From an uncultured Terriglobales bacterium (GTDB lineage Bacteria; Acidobacteriota; Terriglobia; Terriglobales; Acidobacteriaceae), in NCBI GenBank assembly GCA_964424245.1, contig CAYRII010000001.1, forward strand, positions 1 through 41,636: DNA of 41,636 bases, written 5' to 3'. This document shows positions 13,306 through 21,905 of this stretch, in pieces. The position numbers and the translations under genes are program-made. The notes beneath the pieces were generated by a model, which searched no databases, had not been told where the DNA came from, and saw only the letters and a program-made list of their open reading frames with translations. Position 1 is the stretch's first letter. Each line of letters begins with the position of its first letter.

Positions 13306-15279
13306 CTAAATCCCGCTGCGCCCGAGGGGCGAAGCCAGGCGTTCCAGTTCTTCCTTGTTCTTGCGGATGCGCCCTTCCTTTTCCATGCGCTCCACCAGGC
13401 CGGAGACAAACACTTCCATCAGGTTAGAGCGCTTGCGGGCCAGCAGCTGTTCGCGGATCTGCTCCTTCTCACTCGCCATCTCGGATGCTTGCGCTTCCTG
13501 CTTCTCCAGGATGGCAAGCACCACGCCGCTGCGGCCGGTGTTGATGGGGCCGCTGATCTCGCCCGGCTTCATGGCAAAGGCCACGGAAGCGGGACCGGAC
13601 ATCTGCCCGATGTCGGGAACCTGGCTGGTGGGCGAAACCATCTCGCTGGTGTGAAGCTCGGCGCCCAGTTCTTTCGCCGCCTGGCGCAAGTCGTGCTGGG
13701 CGCGGGCGCGGTCGGAAAGCTCGGCGGTCTTCTTCGCCAATTGCGCCGCGGCGCGCTCGCTGCGGAAATCGGACTCCACGCGGGCACGCACCTGCTCATA
13801 GCCGGGAGGAACGGAGGGCTGGATTCCGGTGACTTCGTACACCACGAAGCCCGCCTGAATCTGCTCCAGGGCCGGAGGAGCCTTATCGCCGGCGCGGAAG
13901 ACCGCCTCCATGAACTGCGGCGCAAAGCCGATGCCGGGAAGCTGGTCGGTGCGGGAGAAGAAGTCCGTGTTCACCACGTCCAGTCCGTGCTTGGCCGCGG
14001 CCGCGGCCAGCCCCTGTTTCGTGGCCTCGCGTTCCAGGTTGCGCGCCAGATTATCGGCCTCGCGCGCCGCTTTTTCCGCCGCCACCTGCGGCTCCAGCAG
14101 GTCACGCACTTCCTCGAGCGGCTGCACGCGCGCCGCGTGGCGCTGCTCCACGCGCAGGATGTGGTAGCCGAACGTGGTCTGGATGGGCTCGCTGAGCACT
14201 CCCGGCTCGAGCGTGAACGCGCCCTTTTCGAATTCCGGCACCATGCGGCCCCGGGTCACACCCTGGTAGAGCCCGCCATCAGGCGCGCTGCCGGGATCGT
14301 CCGAATGTTTTTTCGCCAGAGCTTCAAAGCTGGCGCCGGCGCGCAACTGCTTGAGCAGGTCTTCGGCGCGGGTGCGGGCGGCGGCCACCGCCTTCTCATC
14401 CACTTTGCCATCGGGTTCGGGAGCGGGCGTTTTGACCAGAATGTGGCGCACGTCCACGGTTTCGGGCTGGCGAAACTGCTCGCGACGTTCATCATAGTAA
14501 CGCTGCAGTTCAGCCAGCGTGACCTGGACCTGGTCGCGGATGCGGACGGCATCCACAACGGCGTAGCGCGCCTTGCGCTTTTCGGGGACGGCATCGGCAT
14601 AGCGCGCCTTGTTCTGCTCGAAGTAGGCGCGCAGCTCGGCGTCGGCCGGATGGATCTGCTGGGCAATGTGCTCGGTGGTGAAGAGGGCGTAGTCGAACTT
14701 CACCTGCGTTCGGGAGCGGAAAAATTCCGCTTCGACCTCGGCGGGAGAGACGTTGACTCCGCCTTCCACCAGCGCGCGCAATTTGCGTATGAGGAGTTCG
14801 CCTTTCAGCATCTGCTCGAATTGCGGGACGCCCATCTGGAAGTTCTGCTGCACAAAGCTCTCGTATCCTTCCCGGCCCACGTACTTGCCGCCGGGAAACA
14901 ACTGCACTCCGAAGCCTCCGGCCTGCAGCTCGGCGCGCAGTTCCTCGTTGGAAACTTGGAGTCCCAACCGGCGCGCCTCCTCCAGCGCGGCCTTGCGCAG
15001 GATGAGCTGGTCGGTGGCGCGCTGCAGAAAGAAGGGCATCACCTGCGCCGGGATGTTGCGCGCGAACTGCTGTTGCGCCATGCGGCGGGCCTCTTCCTGC
15101 ACCTCGCGCAGGGTAACTTCCAGATCGCCCACCTTGGCCAGAACGCCGGGCGAGCCGGCGCCTCCCAGGTCAATCGCGCCCGGGATCAGGGTGACGACCA
15201 AGGCGAAGGAAATCAGGAAGAGAAAGACACCGATGAAATACTTCATTGCCTTCTTGGGCGACTGGAAAAAACGGATCAT
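13306..15279 (-). CDS. ppiD: Periplasmic chaperone / parvulin-type peptidyl-prolyl isomerase, PpiD-like
   Basis: It has an N-terminal TM (MKYFIGVFLFLISFALVVTLIP), a long chaperone-like region and a parvulin core (VDVRHILVKTP...RGRMVPEFEKGAF...TTFGYHILRVEQRH). Confidence 0.75.
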   Translation of the reverse strand: MIRFFQSPKKAMKYFIGVFLFLISFALVVTLIPGAIDLGGAGSPGVLAKVGDLEVTLREVQEEARRMAQQQFARNIPAQVMPFFLQRATDQLILRKAALEEARRLGLQVSNEELRAELQAGGFGVQLFPGGKYVGREGYESFVQQNFQMGVPQFEQMLKGELLIRKLRALVEGGVNVSPAEVEAEFFRSRTQVKFDYALFTTEHIAQQIHPADAELRAYFEQNKARYADAVPEKRKARYAVVDAVRIRDQVQVTLAELQRYYDERREQFRQPETVDVRHILVKTPAPEPDGKVDEKAVAAARTRAEDLLKQLRAGASFEALAKKHSDDPGSAPDGGLYQGVTRGRMVPEFEKGAFTLEPGVLSEPIQTTFGYHILRVEQRHAARVQPLEEVRDLLEPQVAAEKAAREADNLARNLEREATKQGLAAAAAKHGLDVVNTDFFSRTDQLPGIGFAPQFMEAVFRAGDKAPPALEQIQAGFVVYEVTGIQPSVPPGYEQVRARVESDFRSERAAAQLAKKTAELSDRARAQHDLRQAAKELGAELHTSEMVSPTSQVPDIGQMSGPASVAFAMKPGEISGPINTGRSGVVLAILEKQEAQASEMASEKEQIREQLLARKRSNLMEVFVSGLVERMEKEGRIRKNKEELERLASPLGRSGI

Positions 15280-15315
15280 GATTCAGCAGGCTCCGGCTTC
15301 GTAGGTGAACATCCG

Positions 15316-15321
15316 ATTATA
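15316..15321 (-). promoter_or_regulatory. Perfect TATAAT -10 hexamer upstream of ppiD-like gene
   Basis: The minus strand reads TATAAT (plus ATTATA, 15316-15321), 36 nt upstream of ATG 15279. The -35 is poor. A perfect TATAAT is conspicuous in this GC-rich DNA. Confidence 0.3.
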
Positions 15322-15367
15322 AATGATGTTTTCGGCGGTTGCGGCGGAGGCGAAGGAGGCAGTGCGC

Positions 15368-15979
15368 TCAGGCGCGAGTGCCCGTCACATACTGATCCAG
15401 AACTTTCTTCCACTTTCCCTGGGCGCGGAGGATGAATTCGACAGCATCGCGCACGGCGCCCTCGCCGCCACGGTGCGGTGTGATCCAGTGGGCCGCCTGC
15501 TTCACTTCGCGGCGGGCGTTGGCCACGGCAATGGCCAGGCCGCAGCGCTTCATCACCGGCAGGTCAATGATGTCGTCGCCCACGTAGGCGGCCTCGGCAT
15601 CCTTCAGCCTTTCCGCCTTGAGGATGGCATCGAGGGCGGCGAGCTTGTCGGCCACGCCCTGGCGCACGTGGTCGAGCCGCAGGTCGCGCGCGCGCAGCGC
15701 AACGGTCTCCGAGATGCGCTTGGTGATGACCCCGGTCTTGATGCCGCCCAGGCGGGCCAGGGTGATGGCGGTGCCGTCGTGCGCGTGGAAGCCCTTGGCT
15801 TCCACCATGGTGGCGCTGGAGATGGCGAAGCCGCCGGCATCGGCGCGCCGCGCCGCTTCCCCGGCCATGGATTGCACGGCGCCGGCCGGCGCGGGAAACA
15901 GCCAGATGCCGCCGTCCGTCAGCACTCCGTCAACGTCCAGCAGCAGCAGCTTGATCTTGCGGGCGCGGGCCTTGGACAT
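15368..15979 (-). CDS. kdsC: HAD-family KDO-8-phosphate phosphatase (KdsC-like) with internal insertion
   Basis: Motifs: KLLLLDVDGVLTDG (DxDG motif I), GVITKR, YVGDDIIDLPVM (GDDxxD), GGEGAVRD. Confidence 0.75.
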   Translation of the reverse strand: MSKARARKIKLLLLDVDGVLTDGGIWLFPAPAGAVQSMAGEAARRADAGGFAISSATMVEAKGFHAHDGTAITLARLGGIKTGVITKRISETVALRARDLRLDHVRQGVADKLAALDAILKAERLKDAEAAYVGDDIIDLPVMKRCGLAIAVANARREVKQAAHWITPHRGGEGAVRDAVEFILRAQGKWKKVLDQYVTGTRA

Positions 15980-15995
15980 GGCTGGCGATTGTAGC

Positions 15996-16019
15996 AGCGC
16001 AGGGCTGGAATCCTGCGCT
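15996..16019 (-). terminator. 8-bp perfect hairpin between the zinc-ribbon ORF and kdsC
   Basis: AGCGCAGG (15996-16003) pairs with CCTGCGCT (16012-16019) around an 8-nt loop. There is no U-tract on the minus strand, so its function is uncertain. Confidence 0.25.
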
Positions 16020-16027
16020 TTGAAGAC

Positions 16028-16363
16028 TCACAGCTTGCCGGGAACAAATTCCTCAACCAGCAGGCGCGAGATGGCGCGGCAATCGGCGCAGAGCAGCAGG
16101 GTTTCCTTGGCATCGGACGCCAGCACGGCGAGGCGCAGGCTCTCGCAGGCGGCGCAGCCGGTGGTGGGATCGGCGGAGCCGGGCTCGACTGCCTCGATGG
16201 GCGATTCGCGGTCGAAGCGCCCGGTCTTGGCGGTATTCAGCTCAAACGTGCTGCGGCAGTCGGCGCAAACGTGATTGAAGCAGCACTTGGGCTCGCAGGA
16301 GTAGACAATCTCCGCCCCCTGGCAATGCGGGCAGCGCACCAAGTCTCTTAGTGTGAGGGGCAC
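16028..16363 (-). CDS. Double zinc-ribbon protein (four CxxC pairs), function unknown
   Basis: This is the C-terminal end of the long antisense track ORF: VPLTLRDLVRCPHCQGAEIVYSCEPKCCFNHVCADCRSTFEL...TTGCAACESLRLAVLASDAKETLLLCADCRAISRLLVEEF. CPHC...CADC and CAAC...CADC make two ribbon modules. The start is GTG 16363 (8 nt after TAGAAT) or GTG 16339. Confidence 0.55.
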   Translation of the reverse strand: MPLTLRDLVRCPHCQGAEIVYSCEPKCCFNHVCADCRSTFELNTAKTGRFDRESPIEAVEPGSADPTTGCAACESLRLAVLASDAKETLLLCADCRAISRLLVEEFVPGKL

Positions 16364-16371
16364 AATCCTGG

Positions 16372-16377
16372 ATTCTA
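16372..16377 (-). promoter_or_regulatory. -10-like TAGAAT for the zinc-ribbon ORF (leaderless-type spacing)
   Basis: Plus ATTCTA 16372-16377 reads TAGAAT on the minus strand, 8 nt before GTG 16363. There is no SD. Confidence 0.3.
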
Positions 16378-16416
16378 GCCCAAGCCACCTTCGGGCATTC
16401 CTGTGAGGCGAAGAAT

Positions 16417-16446
16417 TTGCGAAAGTGCGGGTTGGCGTTCTACAAT
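16417..16446 (+). promoter_or_regulatory. Sigma70-type promoter for lhr
   Basis: TTGCGA (16417-16422), an 18-nt spacer, then TACAAT (16441-16446). ATG 16454 lies 7 nt downstream, which suggests a leaderless transcript. ATG 16445 overlaps the -10. Confidence 0.4.
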
Positions 16447-19400
16447 GCCTGCCATGACTTCCCCGTCGCCGCCGGCTGCGCTTTCCTGGGCCCATCCCCT
16501 GGTGCGCGATTGGTTTGTGGGGCGCTTTTCCACTCCCACCGAGCCCCAGGAGCAGGGCTGGCCGCTGATCCTGGCGGGCCGGACCACGCTGATTTCCGCG
16601 CCCACCGGTTCCGGCAAGACGCTGGCCGCATTTCTCGCCTGCATTGACCGCCTGGTGCGCAAAGCCGTCGCCGGCAATCTGCAGGACCGCATCGAGGTGC
16701 TCTACGTCTCTCCGCTGAAGGCATTGGGCAACGACATCCAGAAAAACCTGGAGGAGCCGCTGGGTGAGATCCTGGCGATGGCGGGCGCGCGCGGGCTGCT
16801 GATGCCGGAGATTCGCACCGCGGTGCGCACCGGCGACACGCTGATGCAGGAGCGCCGCGCCATGTTGCGGCGGCCGCCGCATATCCTGGTGACCACGCCG
16901 GAATCGCTCTTCATTCTGCTGACGGCGGAAAAAAGCCGCGCGCTGCTGCGCGACGTGGAAACCGTGATTGTGGATGAAATCCACGCCGTGGCTGACGACA
17001 AGCGCGGGGCGCACCTGGCGCTTTCGCTGGAACGGCTGGAGGCGCTGGCAGCGCGTCCGCCGGTGCGCATCGGGCTCTCCGCCACGCAAAAGCCCATCGA
17101 GCTGGTGGGGCAGTTCCTGACGGGCAGCGGGCGGCCTGTCCCGGCCATCGTGCAGATCGGCCATCGGCGCCAGATGGACCTGGCTGTGGAAGTTCCGCGC
17201 AGCCCGCTGGGCGCGGTGGCCTCGAACGAGATGTGGGACGAGGTCTATGACCGCATCGCCGAGCTCGTCGAGCAACACCGCTCCACCCTGGTGTTCGTGA
17301 ACACGCGGCGGCTGGCGGAGCGCCTTTCCCACAACCTGGTGGAGCGCCTGGGCGAAGAGGCGGTGGCGGCGCACCACGGCAGCCTGGCGCGCAAGCTGCG
17401 CCTGGCGGCGGAGAAGAAGCTGAAGGCGGGCGAAGTGCGCGTGGTGGTGGCTACGGCCTCGCTCGAGTTGGGCATCGACGTGGGCACGGTGGACCTGGTG
17501 TGCCTGTTGGCTTCGCCGCGTTCCATTGCGGTGGCGCTGCAGCGCGTGGGCCGCGCCGGGCACTGGCGGGGCGCCGTGTCCAAGGGCCGCCTGTTCGCCA
17601 TGACCCGCGATCAGTTGGTGGAAGTGGCGGCGCTGGTGCGCGCCATCCGCAATGGCGAACTCGACCGGCTGGAGATTCCCGAGGCGCCACTGGACATCCT
17701 GGCACAGCAGATTGTGGCCGCCTGCGCCGCCGAGGAGTGGAAGGAAGACGACCTGTTGGCGCTGCTGCGCCGCGCCTATCCCTACCGCGCGCTGGCGCGC
17801 GCCGAGTTCGACTCGGTGCTGGAGATGCTGACCGAAGGAGTGGCGGCGAGCCGCGGGCGCTACGGCGCCTACCTGCACCGCGACCGCGTGAACCACCGGC
17901 TGCGCGCGCGCCGTGGCGGGCGGCTGGCAGCCATCACCAGCGGCGGCGCCATCCCCGATAACGCCCTTTACACGGTAGTGGCGGAGCCCGACGGCACGAT
18001 GGTGGGAACCGTGGATGAGGATTTCGCGGTCGAGAGCATGAAGGGCGACATCATGCTGCTGGGCAACACCAGTTGGCGCATCCGGCGCGTGGAATCGGTT
18101 GGGCGGGTGCTGGTGGAGGATGCGCGCGGCGCAGCGCCCACCATTCCCTTCTGGCGCGGCGAAGCCCCGGCGCGCACCATGGAACTTTCGGCGCAGGTGG
18201 CCGAATTGCGCGCGGAGGTGAGCGCGCGGACTCCCAACCTGGCTCCGGGCGCGCCCCTCCAAAACTCTCCGGAAGCCGCCGCGGCGGCGGCGTGGCTCTC
18301 GCAGGAGTGCGGGCTGGATACCGCAGGGGCCGAACAGTTTGTGGAGTACATCATCACCGGCCGCGCCGTGCTGGGTGCAGTGCCCACGCAAACCACCGTC
18401 ATCGCCGAGCGCTTCTTCGACGAAGGCGGCGGCATGCAACTGGTGCTGCACGCGCCCTTCGGAGGCCGCATCAACAAGGCCTGGGGGCTGGCGCTGCGCA
18501 AGCGCTTCTGCCGCTCCTTCAACTTCGAGCTGCAGGCTGCGGCCACCGACGAGGGACTGAACATCTCCCTGGCGGAGCAGCACAGTTTTCCCCTGGCGGA
18601 CGTCTTCCGCTTTCTGGCGCCGGAGAGTGTGCAGGAGGTGCTGGAGCAGGCGGCGCTGGCTTCGCCCATCTTCGCAACGCGCTGGCGCTGGGACGCCTCG
18701 CGCGCGCTGGTCCTGTTGCGCTTCTCCGGAGGGCGCAAAGTGCCGCCGCAGATCCAGCGCATGCGCTCCGACGATCTGCTGGCCTCCGTGTTCCCCGATG
18801 TGGCCGCCTGCCAGGAAAACATCGCCGGCGACATGAGGATTCCCGATCATCCCCTGGTGCGCGAGGTGATGAAGGACGTCCTTACCGAGGCCCTCGACGT
18901 TGAAGGCCTGAAGCAGTTGCTGCGGCGCATGGAAGCGGGCGAAGTACGCACCGTGGCCGTGGATACCCCCGTGCCTTCGGCCTTTTCCCACGAAATTCTG
19001 AACGCCAACCCCTACGCCTACCTGGACGACGCTCCGCTTGAGGAGCGCCGGGCGCGGGCCGTGGAGATGCGGCGCGTGCTGCCCGCCTCGGTGCTGGAGG
19101 AAGTGGGCGCGCTCGATGCGGCGGCCATCGCCGAGGTCACCGAGGACGCATGGCCGGAGGTGCGCGACGCCGACGAGTTGCACGATGCGCTGTGCAGCCT
19201 GGTGGGCCTGCCCTCGGAGGCGGCGCACCCCGCAGGAGGGACTTGCGCGGACCATTGGGGCGGCCACTTCGAGCGGCTGGCAGGCGACGGGCGCGCCGCC
19301 CGAGCCGTGTTCGATGCTCGGAGCTACTGGGTGGTGGCGGAACGGGCCAGAACTTTTTCAGCGGTGTTTCCGCAGGCGCAGTTTGAGAGCGTGCTGCCGG

Positions 19401-20758
19401 AAATCGAGAACACAATCCCGGCGCGCGACGAGGCCCTGCTCGTGATGATCACGGGCTGGATGGCGCACAGCGGGCCGGTGACGGCCACGGAACTGGGTGC
19501 GCGCCTGGGCCTGGAAGCGGGCGAAGTCGAGAAAGCGCTGCTGCGCATGGAAGCGTCGGGCGCCATCCTGCGGGGCCATTTCACGCGCGCGCAGCCCGGC
19601 GCGGGCGGGGCGCGCGGGATCGAATGGTGCGAGCGGCGGCTCCTGGCGCGCATCCATCGCCAGACGCTGGGCGCGCTGCGCCGCGAGATTGAGCCGGTGA
19701 CGGCGTCGGTGTTTTTGCGCTGGCTGCTGGAGTGGCAGCATGTGGCCCCGGGCACGGCGCGGCGCGGCGAGCGCGGAACCTTGGAGGCGCTGCGCCAGTT
19801 GCAGGGATTCGAAATTCCCGCCAGCGCCTGGGAGCCGCACATCCTGGCGCGGCGCGTGGCGGACTACGACCCTCAATGGCTGGACCAGTTGTGCCTGACC
19901 GGAGCGGTGGGCTGGGGGCGGCTCTCGCCGCATCCGGCGACGCTCGAAGACGCCGCCGCGGGCCGCCGGCGCGTGGTACCGACCAGCGTGGCCCCCATTA
20001 CGTTCTTCGTGCGCGAGGAGGCGGAGTGGATGCTGCCGCGACGCTCTTCCTCCGACGGCGATTCCCTGCGCGGATTGAGCCACGGCGCGCGCGCCGTGCA
20101 GGGATTCCTGACTCAGCGGGGCGCTTCGTTTTTCAGCGACATCGTGCGCGGCACGGAAATGCTGAAGGCCGAGGTGGAAACCGCGCTCTGGGAACTGGTG
20201 GCGGCGGGAATGGTCACCGCCGACGGGTTCGACAACCTGCGCGCGCTGATCGATCCCCGGCGGCGGGCGGGCCAGGGCACAGGTCGCAGCACCCGACCAC
20301 GGCACAGCACGGGACGCTGGGCACAACTCCATCCACTGGAGACGGCGGACCACGCGCGCGCCGTGGAGGCCACCTCCCGGATGCTGCTGGGACGATACGG
20401 CGTCGTCTTCCGGGACCTGCTGGCACGGGAAACCATCGTACCCGCCTGGCGCGAGGTGTTGATTGCCCTGCGTCGCCTGGAAGATCGCGGTGAAGTGCGC
20501 GGCGGGCGCTTTGTGAGCGGCTTCCAGGGAGAGCAGTTCGCCCTGCCCGTGGCCGTGGAGTCGCTGCGCGCCATGCGGCGCCAGGGGACCAATGGAGAAA
20601 CCGTAACCCTCTCCGCGGCCGATCCATTGAATCTCGTAGGAATCCTGGTGCCGGGTGAGCGTGTTCCCGCGGTTTCAGGAAAGTGGGTCCGCTTCCGGGA
20701 CGGCGCCGCGGTGGGAGAAAACAATGAAGAAGGCCCGCGCGTGCGGGCCTTCCGTTAG
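16445..20758 (+). CDS. lhr: Lhr-type large ATP-dependent DEAD/DEAH-box helicase
   Basis: Motif I is ISAPTGSGKTLAAF and motif II is VIVDEIHAV; TASLELGIDVG is also present. The protein is about 1435 aa with the long C-terminal extension typical of Lhr. The start may be ATG 16454 if the promoter call is right. Confidence 0.85.
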   Translation: MPAMTSPSPPAALSWAHPLVRDWFVGRFSTPTEPQEQGWPLILAGRTTLISAPTGSGKTLAAFLACIDRLVRKAVAGNLQDRIEVLYVSPLKALGNDIQKNLEEPLGEILAMAGARGLLMPEIRTAVRTGDTLMQERRAMLRRPPHILVTTPESLFILLTAEKSRALLRDVETVIVDEIHAVADDKRGAHLALSLERLEALAARPPVRIGLSATQKPIELVGQFLTGSGRPVPAIVQIGHRRQMDLAVEVPRSPLGAVASNEMWDEVYDRIAELVEQHRSTLVFVNTRRLAERLSHNLVERLGEEAVAAHHGSLARKLRLAAEKKLKAGEVRVVVATASLELGIDVGTVDLVCLLASPRSIAVALQRVGRAGHWRGAVSKGRLFAMTRDQLVEVAALVRAIRNGELDRLEIPEAPLDILAQQIVAACAAEEWKEDDLLALLRRAYPYRALARAEFDSVLEMLTEGVAASRGRYGAYLHRDRVNHRLRARRGGRLAAITSGGAIPDNALYTVVAEPDGTMVGTVDEDFAVESMKGDIMLLGNTSWRIRRVESVGRVLVEDARGAAPTIPFWRGEAPARTMELSAQVAELRAEVSARTPNLAPGAPLQNSPEAAAAAAWLSQECGLDTAGAEQFVEYIITGRAVLGAVPTQTTVIAERFFDEGGGMQLVLHAPFGGRINKAWGLALRKRFCRSFNFELQAAATDEGLNISLAEQHSFPLADVFRFLAPESVQEVLEQAALASPIFATRWRWDASRALVLLRFSGGRKVPPQIQRMRSDDLLASVFPDVAACQENIAGDMRIPDHPLVREVMKDVLTEALDVEGLKQLLRRMEAGEVRTVAVDTPVPSAFSHEILNANPYAYLDDAPLEERRARAVEMRRVLPASVLEEVGALDAAAIAEVTEDAWPEVRDADELHDALCSLVGLPSEAAHPAGGTCADHWGGHFERLAGDGRAARAVFDARSYWVVAERARTFSAVFPQAQFESVLPEIENTIPARDEALLVMITGWMAHSGPVTATELGARLGLEAGEVEKALLRMEASGAILRGHFTRAQPGAGGARGIEWCERRLLARIHRQTLGALRREIEPVTASVFLRWLLEWQHVAPGTARRGERGTLEALRQLQGFEIPASAWEPHILARRVADYDPQWLDQLCLTGAVGWGRLSPHPATLEDAAAGRRRVVPTSVAPITFFVREEAEWMLPRRSSSDGDSLRGLSHGARAVQGFLTQRGASFFSDIVRGTEMLKAEVETALWELVAAGMVTADGFDNLRALIDPRRRAGQGTGRSTRPRHSTGRWAQLHPLETADHARAVEATSRMLLGRYGVVFRDLLARETIVPAWREVLIALRRLEDRGEVRGGRFVSGFQGEQFALPVAVESLRAMRRQGTNGETVTLSAADPLNLVGILVPGERVPAVSGKWVRFRDGAAVGENNEEGPRVRAFR

Positions 20759-20780
20759 CTGCGCGAAATCGCGTCCGTCG

Positions 20781-21578
20781 CTACTGGCACACATTCGTCG
20801 CGGGACGGTGATAGCCGCGTTGCGCCTCGCCCTGGGGCATGGACTTGCCAGGTTGTAGCGTCCCGTACTCCGGCGTTCCCGAGCAGTGATACAGCCCGGT
20901 GCGCGTGTACACCCAGACCTGTACGTTGGGATCTCCCATCGGTTTTACCGCTGCTCGGGTCGGCTCCGGCTTGAAGGCCAGCGCCAGAAGACCAAACACC
21001 ATCACAAACAGGACGCCAAGAAACATGGCCAAGGCATCTGCCAGTTTGAACGGACTGGCAGGAGCTACAATGCCCACTGCGGGCTTGCGCTCGCTGGGCG
21101 TACGCGCCGGCGCACTTCCTGAGGCCAGGGAAGCATCGGAGCTTGCACCGCCGGCTTTCAACACGACGGTTTCCGGCTGCTTGGGCTTGTTCACCTTTTC
21201 ATATTCCACGATGCGGGCGCCGACGCCAGCTTTGGCGCCGACCGGGGCTTCCAGGCGGACGACCTGGCCCCGGCAGCAAAAGATGCTGGTGGTGTCACCC
21301 ACGATCTGGCTGGGGAGCGACACGCTAAACTCGATGTTGGATCCTTCGGGAATGCGGGAGTCCAGGAACAGGAATACACCGCGCTCGCTGATGTCGCGCA
21401 CCAGGCCCAGCACGGTGCCGCCCACTTCGCCATTGTGCCAGCGCACGGCCACGGGCAACCGCACCATGTGACGCCTCAAGGTGCGCTGTTCCAGGTCGGT
21501 GTTGACCATGATGGCTTCCGCCCGCCACTTCTGCAGGTTGGGAAGCGATACCTGAATCGTTCCTTCCATCGTTGCCAT
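20781..21578 (-). CDS. PilZ-domain protein with one TM helix and a small Cys-pair extracytoplasmic C-terminal domain
   Basis: AAGGAG sits 9 nt before ATG 21578. The PilZ motifs are RRHMVR (RxxxR) and DISERG (DxSxxG). The TM is LADALAMFLGVLFVMVFGLLALAF. The C-terminus is VWVYTRTGLYHCSGTPEYGTLQPGKSMPQGEAQRGYHRPATNVC. Confidence 0.75.
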   Translation of the reverse strand: MATMEGTIQVSLPNLQKWRAEAIMVNTDLEQRTLRRHMVRLPVAVRWHNGEVGGTVLGLVRDISERGVFLFLDSRIPEGSNIEFSVSLPSQIVGDTTSIFCCRGQVVRLEAPVGAKAGVGARIVEYEKVNKPKQPETVVLKAGGASSDASLASGSAPARTPSERKPAVGIVAPASPFKLADALAMFLGVLFVMVFGLLALAFKPEPTRAAVKPMGDPNVQVWVYTRTGLYHCSGTPEYGTLQPGKSMPQGEAQRGYHRPATNVCQ

Positions 21579-21650
21579 TTTCCTGAGCTCCTTGCTCGAA
21601 TGCGCCCCGAATCACGCATCCTGCACAGCTAATTTAGCGAGCGGCGGAGG

Positions 21651-21688
21651 TTAAGAAAAGATAACCCCCGTAACTCCCGCAAGTTACG
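21651..21688 (-). terminator. Candidate intrinsic terminator downstream of tRNA-Ala
   Basis: The minus RNA has CGUAACU-UGCGGG-AGUUACG (stem 21669-21675 / 21682-21688), followed by GGGGUUAUCUUUUCUU. Confidence 0.35.
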
Positions 21689-21765
21689 TTCGTAAGCTGA
21701 GGTAAGTCCAAACCAGACAACAACTTACGTGATTGAAAGCGGGTTTGTTGCCAGGCGGGGAATCT

Positions 21766-21817
21766 GGTATCGCAGAGGTGTACCGCAGAGGCTGGTCGCA
21801 GACAGGTATCGCGGAGG
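21766..21817. repeat. Four tandem imperfect 13-mers next to the tRNA 3' end
   Basis: GGTATCGCAGAGG (21766-78), TGTACCGCAGAGG (21779-91), CTGGTCGCAGACA (21792-804), GGTATCGCGGAGG (21805-17). The array ends 12 nt from the tRNA 3' end at 21830. Confidence 0.85.
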
Positions 21818-21829
21818 AAAGAAACGAGT

Positions 21830-21905
21830 TGGTGGACCTGGTCGGGATCGAACCGACGACCTCTTCCATGCCATGGAAGCGCGCTCCCAGCTGCGCCACA
21901 GGCCC
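21830..21905 (-). tRNA. tRNA-Ala (anticodon GGC), CCA encoded
   Basis: The minus strand folds as a 76-nt cloverleaf: GGGCCUG UG GCGC AGCUGGGA GCGC G CUUCC AUGGCAU GGAAG AGGUC GUCGG UUCGAUC CCGAC CAGGUCC ACCA. It has the G3:U70 Ala identity pair, anticodon GGC and a GGTTCGATCC T-arm. Confidence 0.93.

Noticed and set aside
16364-19267. A 1079-aa minus-strand ORF running antisense through most of lhr (track ORF 16028..19267). Similar long antisense ORFs occur at 873..2297(-), 4338..5603(+), 12060..13427(+), 13204..15435(+), 26196..27836(-), 34893..36347(-) and 40764..41615(-).
   Set aside because: Each lies opposite a gene with clear family motifs. The translations are Arg/Ala/Gly/His-rich low-complexity strings with no recognisable motifs. 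Stop codons are A/T-rich, so long open antisense frames are expected in DNA this GC-rich. Only the last ~110 codons of 16028..19267 (the zinc-ribbon part, outside lhr) look genuinely coding.
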